Assembly: GCA_024693135.1 (NCBI GenBank)
Contig: JAILLN010000032.1
Span: 732 to 64,731 of the forward strand
From: Lachnospiraceae bacterium
Lineage (GTDB): Bacteria > Bacillota > Clostridia > Lachnospirales > Lachnospiraceae
DNA: 64,000 nucleotides
Direction of reading: 5' to 3'
How positions within the stretch are numbered: position 1 is the stretch's first letter; every line of letters begins with the position of its first letter. A program made the translations under genes and the position numbers. Below, piece after piece: positions 38,601 to 47,713 of this stretch. The notes beneath the pieces were generated by a model that saw only the letters and a list, made by a program, of their open reading frames with translations, searched no databases and was not told the DNA's origin.

Positions 38601-41600
38601 GCCATCTTCAGCAGGTCGGCCTGGAGCGAATAAGCCTCATAGCCTCCGATCCCTTCGATGAAGTTCTCATACACGATGGCACCGTCCGTGCCGTCCGCAA
38701 ATACCCGGAGGATCACGTCATTCGCAGAGATCCCGCTCAGGTTTTCGATGGTGATATTTCCGAAATATTTATTGCCCGCCAGATACCGGCCCACCTTCAC
38801 GGTCAGGTCCGGATAGCCGATGGTCTCGTCCATGCTGTTATCTTCCTGGACGGCATCGTCATCACACTTTACCGTAAACACGGTCTTCGTAGGCTTGGTG
38901 AGGTCTTCCGGTACCGGATAGGAGATCGTAAGCATCCTGCTCTCTCCCGGACGGACCGTCACGGGAGCATCTGCTACAGGGCATTGCACCGCCTCGCCGT
39001 TTTCCGGCTGTACGGATATGATATTGACCGCCGCGCTCTTTGCGCCCTTATTGGTCACGTTGATGCTCACGGAAAGCGGAGTGTCCGGCTGTACCCTATT
39101 CTGGTCCAGCAGCAGAGCATCCATCGCAAGATCCGGCTTATCTTCCCGCCTTACGCTTAAAAGCTTCGCCGTTTCGATCACGGAATCCCCGCTCTCTACC
39201 GGCGTAGTATTCATCACCGTGATGCTCCTGCTCGTCAGATCCAGCGGAGTGACCGAAAGGGATGAAAAGGCGCTCCCGGCCTCTCCCAGAAGGGCTGTCC
39301 TCGGAAGGGGGTCCGTCAGATCCTCTCCGCTCATGGATACCTCATAGACTGCAGGCCGTGCTTTTTCCGAGGTTTCGGTATCGGTGCCCAGGTATGCCAA
39401 TGTGCCGCCGCATACCGCAAAATTCGCGCTTAAGCCATAGACCGGCTTGGCAAATACCTCCGAAGCCTCTCCGTCGATGTTTTCCAGCTTCCGGATATTG
39501 CCGCTGTGATACCAGTAGAGCTTCCCGCTGTCAAAATGCGGTTCCTCGTCCGCCCCGTCAATCCCGGCTTTTCCTGTCACCTGGGTGAGCTCGCCGCTTC
39601 CTCTGTTCCAGAGATATAGATCCTGATCCTCAGGGGTCGTAAAATCCCGGTCCCCATCCAGGGTCAGGGCCGTGACCTGGGTCCCGTACAGCAGGCCTGA
39701 AGCAAGTGAAGCCGCCGGCTTATCCAGGGCTTTTCCCGTCTCTGCTCCGGCTGCCGGCTGTGTACCACTGAAATCTACCGTAAGGCCGTGAAGGGCCACC
39801 CCCTCTGTCTGCTCCAGGATCTTATTGTCGCTGACGCTGATCCAGGAAACCTCCAGGGTATCTGATGCGGTGCAGGCGATGCCGGGCATGATATCCGCAT
39901 AATCATTATCGGTCAGGGAGGCTGCTGTCACGATGCCTCCGGAGATCCTTGCCGCCCAGATCTCACTCTTTGCCGCAAAATCATGGATGGAGGATGTTCC
40001 CGAAGGATAGGTCTCCTTCGCATTCTGCCATGCCACATAAACATCGTTTCCATAAGCCGCCAGCGCGAAGTTGAAGTCCGCCGTCCCGTCATCCAATACG
40101 ATCACAGGATCCGTGAAGTCCTTTCCATCCTCAGTCGTAATATAAGCCAGGGCCGTCCGGTCTTCGCTTTCCCGGTCGGATACATCCATCAGATAGAAAA
40201 TATAGGTCTTATCCCCTGCCTGGACCGACTGGGGCTGGGCATTGATGAAGACCGACTCCATGGGCCTTGTGGTCTGTACCTCCACACTTCCGTCCACGGA
40301 GGATACCAGCACGCCGTCGCCGGAAAGCCTCAGATAATCCCTGGACATCAGGTCGTAGGCGCTTTCATCATAGGCCGTATTCAGGATCGTATCCTCCAGG
40401 GATGACGCATCGGCCTTGCTTCCGTTCTTTGAAGGGCCTTTGGCATAGCCGTCTGCAATATCCTTTTCTCCATGGAAGAGCGGGATATCCACCGACACCA
40501 TCAAGGCCTTCAGCTTGATGTAGGCATCTAAGGAGACCCAGACCTTCCAGTAATTATCCCAGAATTGATAATCCAGGCCGATGGTACCATCCCCTCCTAC
40601 CTGAGCGCTCACGAACTTGGCGATGCCGGGGCCCGCATACAGGCCCAGGGTCAGGCTGATGGTGAATTTCCCGGTAAGGTTATTGAAGAAGAACTCGATG
40701 CTGCCGTCCGCGGATCTGCCCACCGCAAATTTCAGCTGCGGCTGTCCTTCCGCCCCTACCTCGATCTTCAGGGATACCGCGATGGGAACGATGGCCGTCG
40801 GGTAGGTCTTTTCGATCTCATAGCTGCCGGAGAGCTTGACGATGGCACCGATCTCGATATCTACCATGCCGGTGTCCTGGTTCAGCTTTCCTTCGCCATA
40901 GCCGCAGATGGAGAAGTCCACCTCCACTCCGTCCAGCCATTTCTTTGTCTTCTGCTTTTTGACCCCGTTGGGCAGTCCTAAGAGGGACCGCTCTCTCCTG
41001 GTCTTTGCTTTCTTGTATTCCTTCAGGGCCTTCTCGTAGCCCTTCTTCATTTCATCCCAGTCCTTGGAGGCATTTTCCCAGCCCTTGCCCTCATTCTTGG
41101 CATCGTAGCCGATCTGGAACCGGACCTTTCCGGTCTCGTCCACATCGAAGGATGCCGGGAAGTCAGGCAGGTCAACCTTGACCTCCGTGCCGCCCACCAC
41201 CGGGAAGTCGCTGGGCAGCCGGTATTTGATGCCGTCCTTTCCGAATAGATTCAGCTCGGATTTATTGGAAGGATCGTTCCTTCCCACCTGCCAATTGCCG
41301 CTGGAATACGTAAGGATCCCAAGCAGCACCCGCTGGGATGCCTTGCCATGCTCATCTGCGATCTGCAGATAGAGCTTATGCCCCTGCTTCAGCTTGGTGG
41401 AAAGATTCAGGGTATCCCAGAATTCCTTCTTTGCTATATCCTGGCCTGAGGCGATCTTCCGGTAAACGATCTCATTATTCTGGATCAAGCGGTACTCCAT
41501 GGCAGAGGTGCCGTTCTCGTGGTTCACCTTGAGTATGCCGTCCGAGCAGCCGGGATCATTTTCATCCTCATAAATCGTCACGGACTTATTGTCATGCATC

Positions 41601-43039
41601 AGGTCCGTGATGGTAGAGAAGCCGTTTTCGTCCTTCTGCCTCTCGTCCTCAAAATAGACGCCGGAGATATAGGGCGCCGTGCCATTCCCTCCGGCTTCCA
41701 GGATGGTAGCATCTCCCTTGCCGTTCTCCAGCACAAGCCCTGCGATATATTTTGTCTTAAAGCCCGGCTTGGAGATCTTTACCTTCGTATACTTCGGCCG
41801 CGGGGGAGTCATGATGGGATGGGACATGTCAAACCTGGCCTGGCCGTTGGCATCCGTCTTCACCGGAGCCATGACCTGGTCCCCCGCAAAGGTCAGAAGC
41901 TCTACATCCGCTCCTTCCAGATAGCTGCAGCTGGAGCCGGAGCCCGTCATGACCGTAAAGGTATAGGCATTGGGATCGATGGGGGCGGGAGCCGTCCCGA
42001 TGCCGCCATCGTTGGTCATGCGGCCCACGCCATAGTAAGTCCTGACCTGTCCCGAAGCCCCGCCTCCGACTCTGACCGGGTTCCAGTAAAGCGCCACTGC
42101 GCTGTCGAGACCACGGGTATCCCCATGGGAAAGTTCCCGGGAAGGATCGCAGGTATAATCCCAAAGTGTCCCGGTGATCATGGGCCAGGAAGCAAACTGT
42201 ACCTTATCCGGCCTGCGGTCTCCCGACTTAAAGACCGTGCCCACCGCAAAGATCGAGGGATTGGTCAGCTTGTCAAAGGCCTGCCAGTACTGGGGCACCG
42301 CGTTTCCTGCCATTTCCAGCTCATGGGTCAGATTTCCGATGGAAGGGATCTTGAAGGGCGAGCCGTCGTTATCTCCCAGCATGGTATCCAGCATGATCCT
42401 GACGCCCACGGATTTGGGGCTTGTGGTGGTATTTTTATAGGAATAGGAGATCTGGACCGTATCCTTCTTTCCGTTATTCTCGACGATCTGCAGGGTCTGG
42501 GTTACCAGCACCCCGTCCGCCATCATGGAGGTGGTGGCCCTAAGCCCGGCATGGTCATAGGTGGTATTGGAGGATTCGAAATTATAATCCTTCCCATTGA
42601 CCCGCACCGTGGTATGGGAGGTGCTGCTTCCAGGATGGCCAAAGATCAGCTTTTTATTATTATCCTCTGTGGAATTGGGAAGCCCCCCTGTCGTCCCGAT
42701 GGTCAGGTGGCCGCTTCCGTTGATATGAAATTCAACGATGTCATTGCCCACGGTATAGGAAGAGGTCGCGCTGGCCTTGGCCTCCTCCCCGGAAGCCTTC
42801 TCTGCGATCCGGTTCTCTGCTTCCGCCCGGAAGGCCTCCGGATCCGCCGGCTCTGCTTCCGGCACATCCCCGTCCGTCTCGCCGTCCAGGATGATCTCCC
42901 CGACGACATTACTGTCCTTCCCGGACCAGGCTTCTGCCTTGCCGGAGAGGTCTCCCGCAAAGGCGGCAAGATCCATTCCCGTGCAAAGCATGGCCATGAT
43001 CAGCAAAAGGCTCAGCAGCTTTGTCATCCTCTTTTTCAT
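35603..43039 (-). CDS. Very large secreted surface protein with CARDB-like, InlB-B-like and multiple Big_2 Ig-like domains, 2478 aa
   Basis: Signal peptide; repeated SSNxKVAxV..GxVTxxKxGxxTITA motifs; VTNKG/IENLS CARDB-like strands; GYDFKEW. Confidence 0.85.
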   Translation of the reverse strand: MKKRMTKLLSLLLIMAMLCTGMDLAAFAGDLSGKAEAWSGKDSNVVGEIILDGETDGDVPEAEPADPEAFRAEAENRIAEKASGEEAKASATSSYTVGNDIVEFHINGSGHLTIGTTGGLPNSTEDNNKKLIFGHPGSSTSHTTVRVNGKDYNFESSNTTYDHAGLRATTSMMADGVLVTQTLQIVENNGKKDTVQISYSYKNTTTSPKSVGVRIMLDTMLGDNDGSPFKIPSIGNLTHELEMAGNAVPQYWQAFDKLTNPSIFAVGTVFKSGDRRPDKVQFASWPMITGTLWDYTCDPSRELSHGDTRGLDSAVALYWNPVRVGGGASGQVRTYYGVGRMTNDGGIGTAPAPIDPNAYTFTVMTGSGSSCSYLEGADVELLTFAGDQVMAPVKTDANGQARFDMSHPIMTPPRPKYTKVKISKPGFKTKYIAGLVLENGKGDATILEAGGNGTAPYISGVYFEDERQKDENGFSTITDLMHDNKSVTIYEDENDPGCSDGILKVNHENGTSAMEYRLIQNNEIVYRKIASGQDIAKKEFWDTLNLSTKLKQGHKLYLQIADEHGKASQRVLLGILTYSSGNWQVGRNDPSNKSELNLFGKDGIKYRLPSDFPVVGGTEVKVDLPDFPASFDVDETGKVRFQIGYDAKNEGKGWENASKDWDEMKKGYEKALKEYKKAKTRRERSLLGLPNGVKKQKTKKWLDGVEVDFSICGYGEGKLNQDTGMVDIEIGAIVKLSGSYEIEKTYPTAIVPIAVSLKIEVGAEGQPQLKFAVGRSADGSIEFFFNNLTGKFTISLTLGLYAGPGIAKFVSAQVGGDGTIGLDYQFWDNYWKVWVSLDAYIKLKALMVSVDIPLFHGEKDIADGYAKGPSKNGSKADASSLEDTILNTAYDESAYDLMSRDYLRLSGDGVLVSSVDGSVEVQTTRPMESVFINAQPQSVQAGDKTYIFYLMDVSDRESEDRTALAYITTEDGKDFTDPVIVLDDGTADFNFALAAYGNDVYVAWQNAKETYPSGTSSIHDFAAKSEIWAARISGGIVTAASLTDNDYADIMPGIACTASDTLEVSWISVSDNKILEQTEGVALHGLTVDFSGTQPAAGAETGKALDKPAASLASGLLYGTQVTALTLDGDRDFTTPEDQDLYLWNRGSGELTQVTGKAGIDGADEEPHFDSGKLYWYHSGNIRKLENIDGEASEVFAKPVYGLSANFAVCGGTLAYLGTDTETSEKARPAVYEVSMSGEDLTDPLPRTALLGEAGSAFSSLSVTPLDLTSRSITVMNTTPVESGDSVIETAKLLSVRREDKPDLAMDALLLDQNRVQPDTPLSVSINVTNKGAKSAAVNIISVQPENGEAVQCPVADAPVTVRPGESRMLTISYPVPEDLTKPTKTVFTVKCDDDAVQEDNSMDETIGYPDLTVKVGRYLAGNKYFGNITIENLSGISANDVILRVFADGTDGAIVYENFIEGIGGYEAYSLQADLLKMAASRSVEDLYFVVSSGEEEYYDENNIWYEYIRNLWSNDEKYFVEISQPVGGKLSGFADDLYAPGVSLQVRARALKGYDFKEWVADGDGVFEDIFNPNTRFTVGDENTVISAIFEPNAFKEKNLNRSLCVGEALLITPVYDGTWSISGNEGEEVVKLETRKNGELTTQKVTALTPGNVSLTYTPAEGLGFGVQHVNIHVYAVDSFTVSSDAMKDGKLIVRLGSEATVGVECYSTDGTLIADPDVAYSTSSPKTAYVDTDGVVHAMKPGKFVLKAKIGSLEQEVEARVIVPVTAISIKAPNRTYYPEGTRIALKAALSGVGKYKPTDSGVGWGIDYAYPEKAATLKGSTLDLKEAGGSVTLRVSANDGYGAYDSRNVEITKKVKSLTLGTKKYTGNVGNTTTLYATIKDVDGGTITSSAAAFSSSNSKVASVADNGYVTLRKAGTATITASYGGKSAKCTVKVKKISTSGRVINAPTGQKYVAAGSSAAYKISAKGYKIVGIGIVRATDVSGNDIDPAEIASVKGKTLTAKNVGRVYIGSKYKSKKYTYTYGDTEVILTPRAKELAFEAGQMDILSGGTANLAYTATGADDEDVKPYVTFSTSNRNVATVEAGGVVTGIKPGTVTIKAVYGKKTASIKVRVLRPVQSVDMACDHQITVNKETELKTEVLPKNATVKTVSFNIIRMETPDGKVVPPAEYADYAKVTNGRKPKITASKKCTIRLEASAADGSGVRNRSLVLQVTDPIKSLALSANALERLAIGDVLSVESVAQTENGETIRDPQLYLQSSNKKILQAFGTNLTGMKYGSSNVTAVFGGKKVKFKVKVLVPVEEVQITGPGELMTGETVMLKASLSPAKQVEKQVSWRIEEVLDSFGDPVPADQVAEIDQKGRLKTKGKGTILVTAEALDGYGAQGQHVIRIYDKPVELKLFARTAVRQGDRTLITLVATDRDGDTYVVRNAKWRVDGNAVKVKNGMVTALKKGKATVEASVGSMKQSIVITVK

Positions 43040-43124
43040 TCTTCCTTTTCTCCTTTCAAAATATACTCTCTATGATCAACCCGTCTTTCCCTCTTTCCGT
43101 CCGGAAAAGACGTTGTATATTCCC

Positions 43125-43832
43125 TTATCGGAAGAGCAGCAGTGAGGCCGCAGATCCCAGAAGGCACATGAGCAGCGTAAGCAGTATGGCCGCCCTCTGA
43201 TACCGTAAATAAGGCACGCTTAAAAAAGTCTCCGGATCCTTCGGATCGATCCTGAGCATGGCATGCTTCCCCGGCTTTTCCGGCCACAGGGCCTTCTGCG
43301 CCCCCTGGTAATGCCTTCCCCTAAAGTCATACTCATAGCATATGTTGTAGTTCAGGTATCCTCTCCTGCCGTTTGTCTGTGTCCTCAGGATATTGTCCGT
43401 CCCCCTGTGGCGGATGCTCCGGACCACGACCCCCTCCGTCCTCTCCGTGCATCTGCCGGAAAGGGAGGCCGCCTCTGAAATCAGAAGCACAGAACCCAGC
43501 AATCCCACTATAGGAAAAATGAGCACAAAAAGCAATACCGGATTCCTTCCCCCAAGGAACGGCGCGGATACATATCCCGAATTCACCATTCCCGCAAAGC
43601 CCAGAAAGAGCCCTCCCAGAAAAAGGGCCAGCTTCTTCAGGTCAAAGCCTGTAAGAAAGAGTCCCAGGGCCATGCCCAGAAAGAGGATCCCGATCCCAAG
43701 CTCCACTGCGCCTTCATTTCCCCTATGGAGCAGCAGATAAAGGATGCCGCCAAGAAATCCCGCAAAAAAGAGGATCCTGGCCAGAAGCAGCCTGAAGCCG
43801 CCCTCCTGCCTTCGTTCCAGATTTTCTTTCAT
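43125..43832 (-). CDS. Membrane protein with DUF3592-like domain
   Basis: TM helices; CTERTEGVVV..YEYDFRGRHY..IDPKDPE. Confidence 0.6.
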   Translation of the reverse strand: MKENLERRQEGGFRLLLARILFFAGFLGGILYLLLHRGNEGAVELGIGILFLGMALGLFLTGFDLKKLALFLGGLFLGFAGMVNSGYVSAPFLGGRNPVLLFVLIFPIVGLLGSVLLISEAASLSGRCTERTEGVVVRSIRHRGTDNILRTQTNGRRGYLNYNICYEYDFRGRHYQGAQKALWPEKPGKHAMLRIDPKDPETFLSVPYLRYQRAAILLTLLMCLLGSAASLLLFR

Positions 43833-43975
43833 ACACTACCTCCTATTCATTTTGATTGATCAACCCTGTCCCGTCCCCCTGTCCGGTCAGCGGGGTTTTG
43901 AAATTATCCGGCTCTTCGTTTATCATGCGTATAGAAGGGCCGCTTATGCCCCTCAAGATAAAGGAGCATCCGCAC

Positions 43976-44929
43976 ATGCCGAAAGAGAAGTCAGGCCGAA
44001 ACAAAACCATTGACCTGTCCGTAGAAGAAGGACAGGAGTATCTGAAACGGTGCATTACTGTCTGCCGGGACACAAGCCTTGAACAGATATGCAACAAAAC
44101 GATCCTGGGGGACTGTATGGACGTCATGCCCTTATTGCCTCAGGGCTTTGCAGACCTGCTGATCGCCGATCCTCCCTATAACCTGGATAAGGATTTTCAT
44201 GGAAAGAGATTCCGGAAGACCTCAGACTGGGCATACATGGACTATACGGAAGCCTGGCTCACCAAGGCACTCCCCTTGCTGAAGCCCAACGCATCCGTTT
44301 ATGTCTGCTGTGACTGGCAGTCAAGCACGGCCATAGAAAGCGTGCTGAAAAAGTATCTCATCATTCAAAACAGGATCACCTGGCAGAGGGAAAAGGGACG
44401 CGGAGCCAAAAACAACTGGAAGAACGGCATGGAAGACATATGGTTTGCTACAGTATCCAAAGCATATACCTTCCATGTGGAGGATGTCAAGCTCCGCCGC
44501 AGAGTGGTCGCCCCCTATCGGGCAGAGGGAAAGCCGAAGGATTGGGAGGAAACGGCATCCGGCAATTTCCGTAACACATACCCTTCCAATTTCTGGGACG
44601 ACATCTCCATCCCCTACTGGTCCATGGCGGAAAATACCGCCCATCCCACTCAGAAGCCGGAGAAGCTCTTAGCCAAGCTGATCCTGGCAAGCTCCAATCC
44701 ACAAGACATGGTATTTGACCCCTTCCTCGGATCCGGATCCGCCTCCGTAGCCGCAAAAAAGCTGGGAAGGCGGTATGCCGGCATCGAGATCAACGCCCAG
44801 TACTGCATCTGGGCGGAAAAGCGCCTGGAAATGGCGGAAGCCGATCCGTCCATCCAGGGCTATGCGGACGGGATATTCTGGGAGCGGAACACAGCCTCCC
44901 TGCAGAAGGCCGGTTCCTCCTCCCCATAG
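43976..44929 (+). CDS. Orphan N4-C/N6-A DNA methyltransferase, beta class
   Basis: DPPY before HPTQKPE and DPFLGSGS; AAGGAG RBS before 43976; no adjacent REase recognised. Confidence 0.9.
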   Translation: MPKEKSGRNKTIDLSVEEGQEYLKRCITVCRDTSLEQICNKTILGDCMDVMPLLPQGFADLLIADPPYNLDKDFHGKRFRKTSDWAYMDYTEAWLTKALPLLKPNASVYVCCDWQSSTAIESVLKKYLIIQNRITWQREKGRGAKNNWKNGMEDIWFATVSKAYTFHVEDVKLRRRVVAPYRAEGKPKDWEETASGNFRNTYPSNFWDDISIPYWSMAENTAHPTQKPEKLLAKLILASSNPQDMVFDPFLGSGSASVAAKKLGRRYAGIEINAQYCIWAEKRLEMAEADPSIQGYADGIFWERNTASLQKAGSSSP

Positions 44930-44941
44930 AGCGGCTTCTCT

Positions 44942-45298
44942 TTACGCCTCCCCGAAGGCCTCCCTGGCTGCCGCCATCACATCCTTTGCTCTTTCCTTGT
45001 CCTGATCGCTGGCTTTTTCAAAAAGCTTGTCCACATCATAGAATTCCGGATGTTCCTTATCCCATTTCTCATCAAACTCGCGGAAAATGGGATCCGCAAG
45101 CCTTCCGCCATCTTCTTCCATCGCCTTGCAGTAGAAATCCTGGAGCTCAGCGCTATATTGGCCGGATAGGCTCTTGATGGTCTGGAGTATTTCCTCCGGA
45201 AGCTCCTCCATCTTTTCCAGGATGGGATCGATCACCATGTGCCATGCCCTTGTGGATTCATCGATAAGCCTCAAATCACCCAAAGTCGGTTTATACAT
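44942..45298 (-). CDS. Small acidic helical protein (candidate immunity protein or chaperone)
   Basis: 118 aa, D/E-rich, AGGAGG RBS, starts 15 nt after the stop of the ART-like gene. Confidence 0.6.
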   Translation of the reverse strand: MYKPTLGDLRLIDESTRAWHMVIDPILEKMEELPEEILQTIKSLSGQYSAELQDFYCKAMEEDGGRLADPIFREFDEKWDKEHPEFYDVDKLFEKASDQDKERAKDVMAAAREAFGEA

Positions 45299-45313
45299 AT
45301 ATGCCTCCTGAAT

Positions 45314-46786
45314 CTATTTCTGTTTTTCAAGGTGTTCTAAATCGCTCAAGTCAAAATCATCCGGATGCACGCGGATCCGCATCTCTCTTGATATGGAGAG
45401 GGCTTTCCTGTCGGATGTCACGTAATAATCCACGTTCTCGATGCCGGTGTTGTAATCGATCAGCGTATTGTATCCATAGAACGCGGCCTTCATCGTAAGG
45501 TAATCCATGTATCCGCTCTTACTTCTTTGCTCTGATTCAAGGAGCGTATTCACCCGGGAGAACATCCTGCCAAACTCATTCTCCTTCGTTCTCATGAATT
45601 CATGATAGGACATCATCCTTGCATGCTCGTTCACCGTCATGACCAGCTGGACTGCACCCACCTTATTGCCATAGGTCCAGCTGTTTACTTCTGCTTTTCT
45701 GTCCTCCGCCTCAGGCTTGTCTGCCCTGGCCGAAGTATAGATCCCCTTTCCGAAGCGCCCCAGCCCATAGAAGATGCGGTTGTTTTCCTTTTTCATCCCG
45801 GCCAGCTGCCTGCCCAAATCCTTCGCATCCTTCAGCTCGCCGAAGGGATTGATGGAATGGTACATCTTTTTTTTCAGGGGAGATCTCTTCATCTCATCGC
45901 CTTCCGGCTCCAGATCATGCTCTTCCACCATGCGGGCCTCATTGGACGACCATCCCAGGGAGTTGAAGAATTTGGTGGAAATGTTGTTGCCCTGGGTTTC
46001 ATCCACCTTCTGCCGGATCACTTTGTTTAATACGGTCTCCGTATTGGCATCCAGCCTTTCCAGCTCTTCTGGCGGCAGGGTGATATTCCCGTTCAGCACC
46101 TGATAGATCAGGTTGTATTGTGCCTTAAAGGCCTCATTCACCTTTTCATCGTCAGCCTCTTCGCTTCGCGCTTCCTCAAACAGGGTCTCCGCTTTCGTAA
46201 GATACTCGTTCTTTTGCTGCTCGATCAGCTCCGTGGCCTTTTCCGATATCACCGAAATGATGGCCTTCCGGATCTTGCCCTTTGTGGTGTTGGGAGATTT
46301 TCTGGAGCTTGTGTATTCATCCGCCCTGTCCTTCAGGCGCATCAGGATGCCAAAGCCCTCCAGGGGATTGCCGTTGTCCATGATCCGGTTGTAAAGCTCA
46401 AGCTCGGTCGCCACATTGTTGAAGTGATCCGAATTGCCGCCGCGGTCGCTGTTTTTGATAAAGACCTCCAGCTCCTTCAGGGAAAACCCCCTGTAATAAG
46501 CGCGGCTTTTCTTATTATTTGCGGCCGCCCTTTTGCTCAGGGCATTGTACTCTGTCTCGGTATTCCTGTGCCAGGCCTCCTCGATCTCCTTTTTTTTGTC
46601 TTCATGCTTTTTCTTCCAGTCTGAAAGCTCCGCCCCCTTGCGCCTTTCCATTTCCAGATTGAAAAATCCGGAATTCAGGCTGCGGTAGGCAAGCTCTGTC
46701 TGGTCCTTCTGGAGATTGGCATTTCCGGTCGCTTCATATTGAAGCACCTCCATGTTTTTCTTCTTGTATAGTTCATCATCCGGCAT
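45314..46786 (-). CDS. Helical N-terminal region + PARP/diphtheria-toxin-like ADP-ribosyltransferase domain (putative)
   Basis: KMYHS (H310), GRFGKGIYTS (Y350), NSWTYG, AAFYGYNTL, DYYVTSDR, in the order of the PARP catalytic motifs. Confidence 0.6.
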   Translation of the reverse strand: MPDDELYKKKNMEVLQYEATGNANLQKDQTELAYRSLNSGFFNLEMERRKGAELSDWKKKHEDKKKEIEEAWHRNTETEYNALSKRAAANNKKSRAYYRGFSLKELEVFIKNSDRGGNSDHFNNVATELELYNRIMDNGNPLEGFGILMRLKDRADEYTSSRKSPNTTKGKIRKAIISVISEKATELIEQQKNEYLTKAETLFEEARSEEADDEKVNEAFKAQYNLIYQVLNGNITLPPEELERLDANTETVLNKVIRQKVDETQGNNISTKFFNSLGWSSNEARMVEEHDLEPEGDEMKRSPLKKKMYHSINPFGELKDAKDLGRQLAGMKKENNRIFYGLGRFGKGIYTSARADKPEAEDRKAEVNSWTYGNKVGAVQLVMTVNEHARMMSYHEFMRTKENEFGRMFSRVNTLLESEQRSKSGYMDYLTMKAAFYGYNTLIDYNTGIENVDYYVTSDRKALSISREMRIRVHPDDFDLSDLEHLEKQK

Positions 46787-46849
46787 AAGCTTTTCTCCTT
46801 TCTGCGTCTCTCCTGCAAAATGATGTCGTCCTTGTTTTTTCTGGAAGTG

Positions 46850-47680
46850 TTATAAAAACTCGAGTATCTTCACCGCCGTTCGGTCATATTCGGCAAACAG
46901 CTTCTTATATGCTTTTTCCATGGGATCCGCCGTTGAGAGGCACCGGATCAGGCCGTCCGGCCCGTATTCCTTCTCCAGCTCCAGCCTGGCTAAGGACAGG
47001 CATACATAGATGGCGGCCATCTCTTCTCCATAGCACCAGGTAAGCTGCGTATCGTCTTCCCTTTCCTCCATCAGCAGGGCGGCCTTTATGGCATCGCCCA
47101 CCCTGCAGATCACGCTGGCCTCCGAAAACCGCCCAAGATCCATTGTCTTGTCGGGAAACTGGAGCAGCTCATCGTGGGGGGAATTCAAAATGAAATCCCG
47201 GAGTGCATCCTCCTGCCACTGATCCAGCCAGGATGCCTTCATGGTCTTTCGAATATCCGCTGTGATCAGTTCCTTTATCCTGGGCTCCAAATCGATCCAG
47301 TCCCTGATGCGGCCAGTGATCACGCTGTAGCCGTTCTTCTTCTCTTCAAAGCCCCGGGCCTTGAGCAGGGCAAGGACGTCCTCTTCCTCCTCCAAGAAAG
47401 CACGGATCGGAAGCCTGGCATCCCCGGGCCTGTCCTTTATGACCCGGAGCAGCCCGGAAGCAAAGCCCATCCGCCTGAATTCAGGCCGGACGAAGATCCG
47501 TTCCAGCCGGATGTATTCCGGAAGGATCTGCACCGTCAGGATTCCTGCGGGCTCCTCTCTCTCCTTCCCAAATGCGGCAAAGGAGGTGAACCGCCCGTCC
47601 TCTATGCCGAAGATCTCATCCGCTGTCAGCAGCCGCGAATATTCATGAATGTCCGTTTTCGAAATGATCCTTACCTGCAT
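46850..47680 (-). CDS. Two-domain GNAT-family acetyltransferase
   Basis: IFVRPEFRRMGFASGLL (acetyl-CoA motif A), LLKARGF; degenerate second GNAT-like domain. Confidence 0.8.
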   Translation of the reverse strand: MQVRIISKTDIHEYSRLLTADEIFGIEDGRFTSFAAFGKEREEPAGILTVQILPEYIRLERIFVRPEFRRMGFASGLLRVIKDRPGDARLPIRAFLEEEEDVLALLKARGFEEKKNGYSVITGRIRDWIDLEPRIKELITADIRKTMKASWLDQWQEDALRDFILNSPHDELLQFPDKTMDLGRFSEASVICRVGDAIKAALLMEEREDDTQLTWCYGEEMAAIYVCLSLARLELEKEYGPDGLIRCLSTADPMEKAYKKLFAEYDRTAVKILEFL

Positions 47681-47713
47681 CTATGCGACTCCTTTTTTTG
47701 GAGGAAAGCACTT

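Noticed and set aside
41519-43075. Long + strand ORFs (e.g. 41519-43075, 7044-8198, 35477-36400, 28632-29630) and - strand 59340-59978
   Set aside because: Antisense shadows of well-supported genes in GC-rich DNA, with no motifs.
35553-43883. CCGTCCCCCTGTC direct repeat (35553, 43871) as att sites around the giant gene
   Set aside because: A single 13-mer match is expected by chance in 64 kb, and there is no recombinase. It may be a REP-like motif but cannot be supported here.
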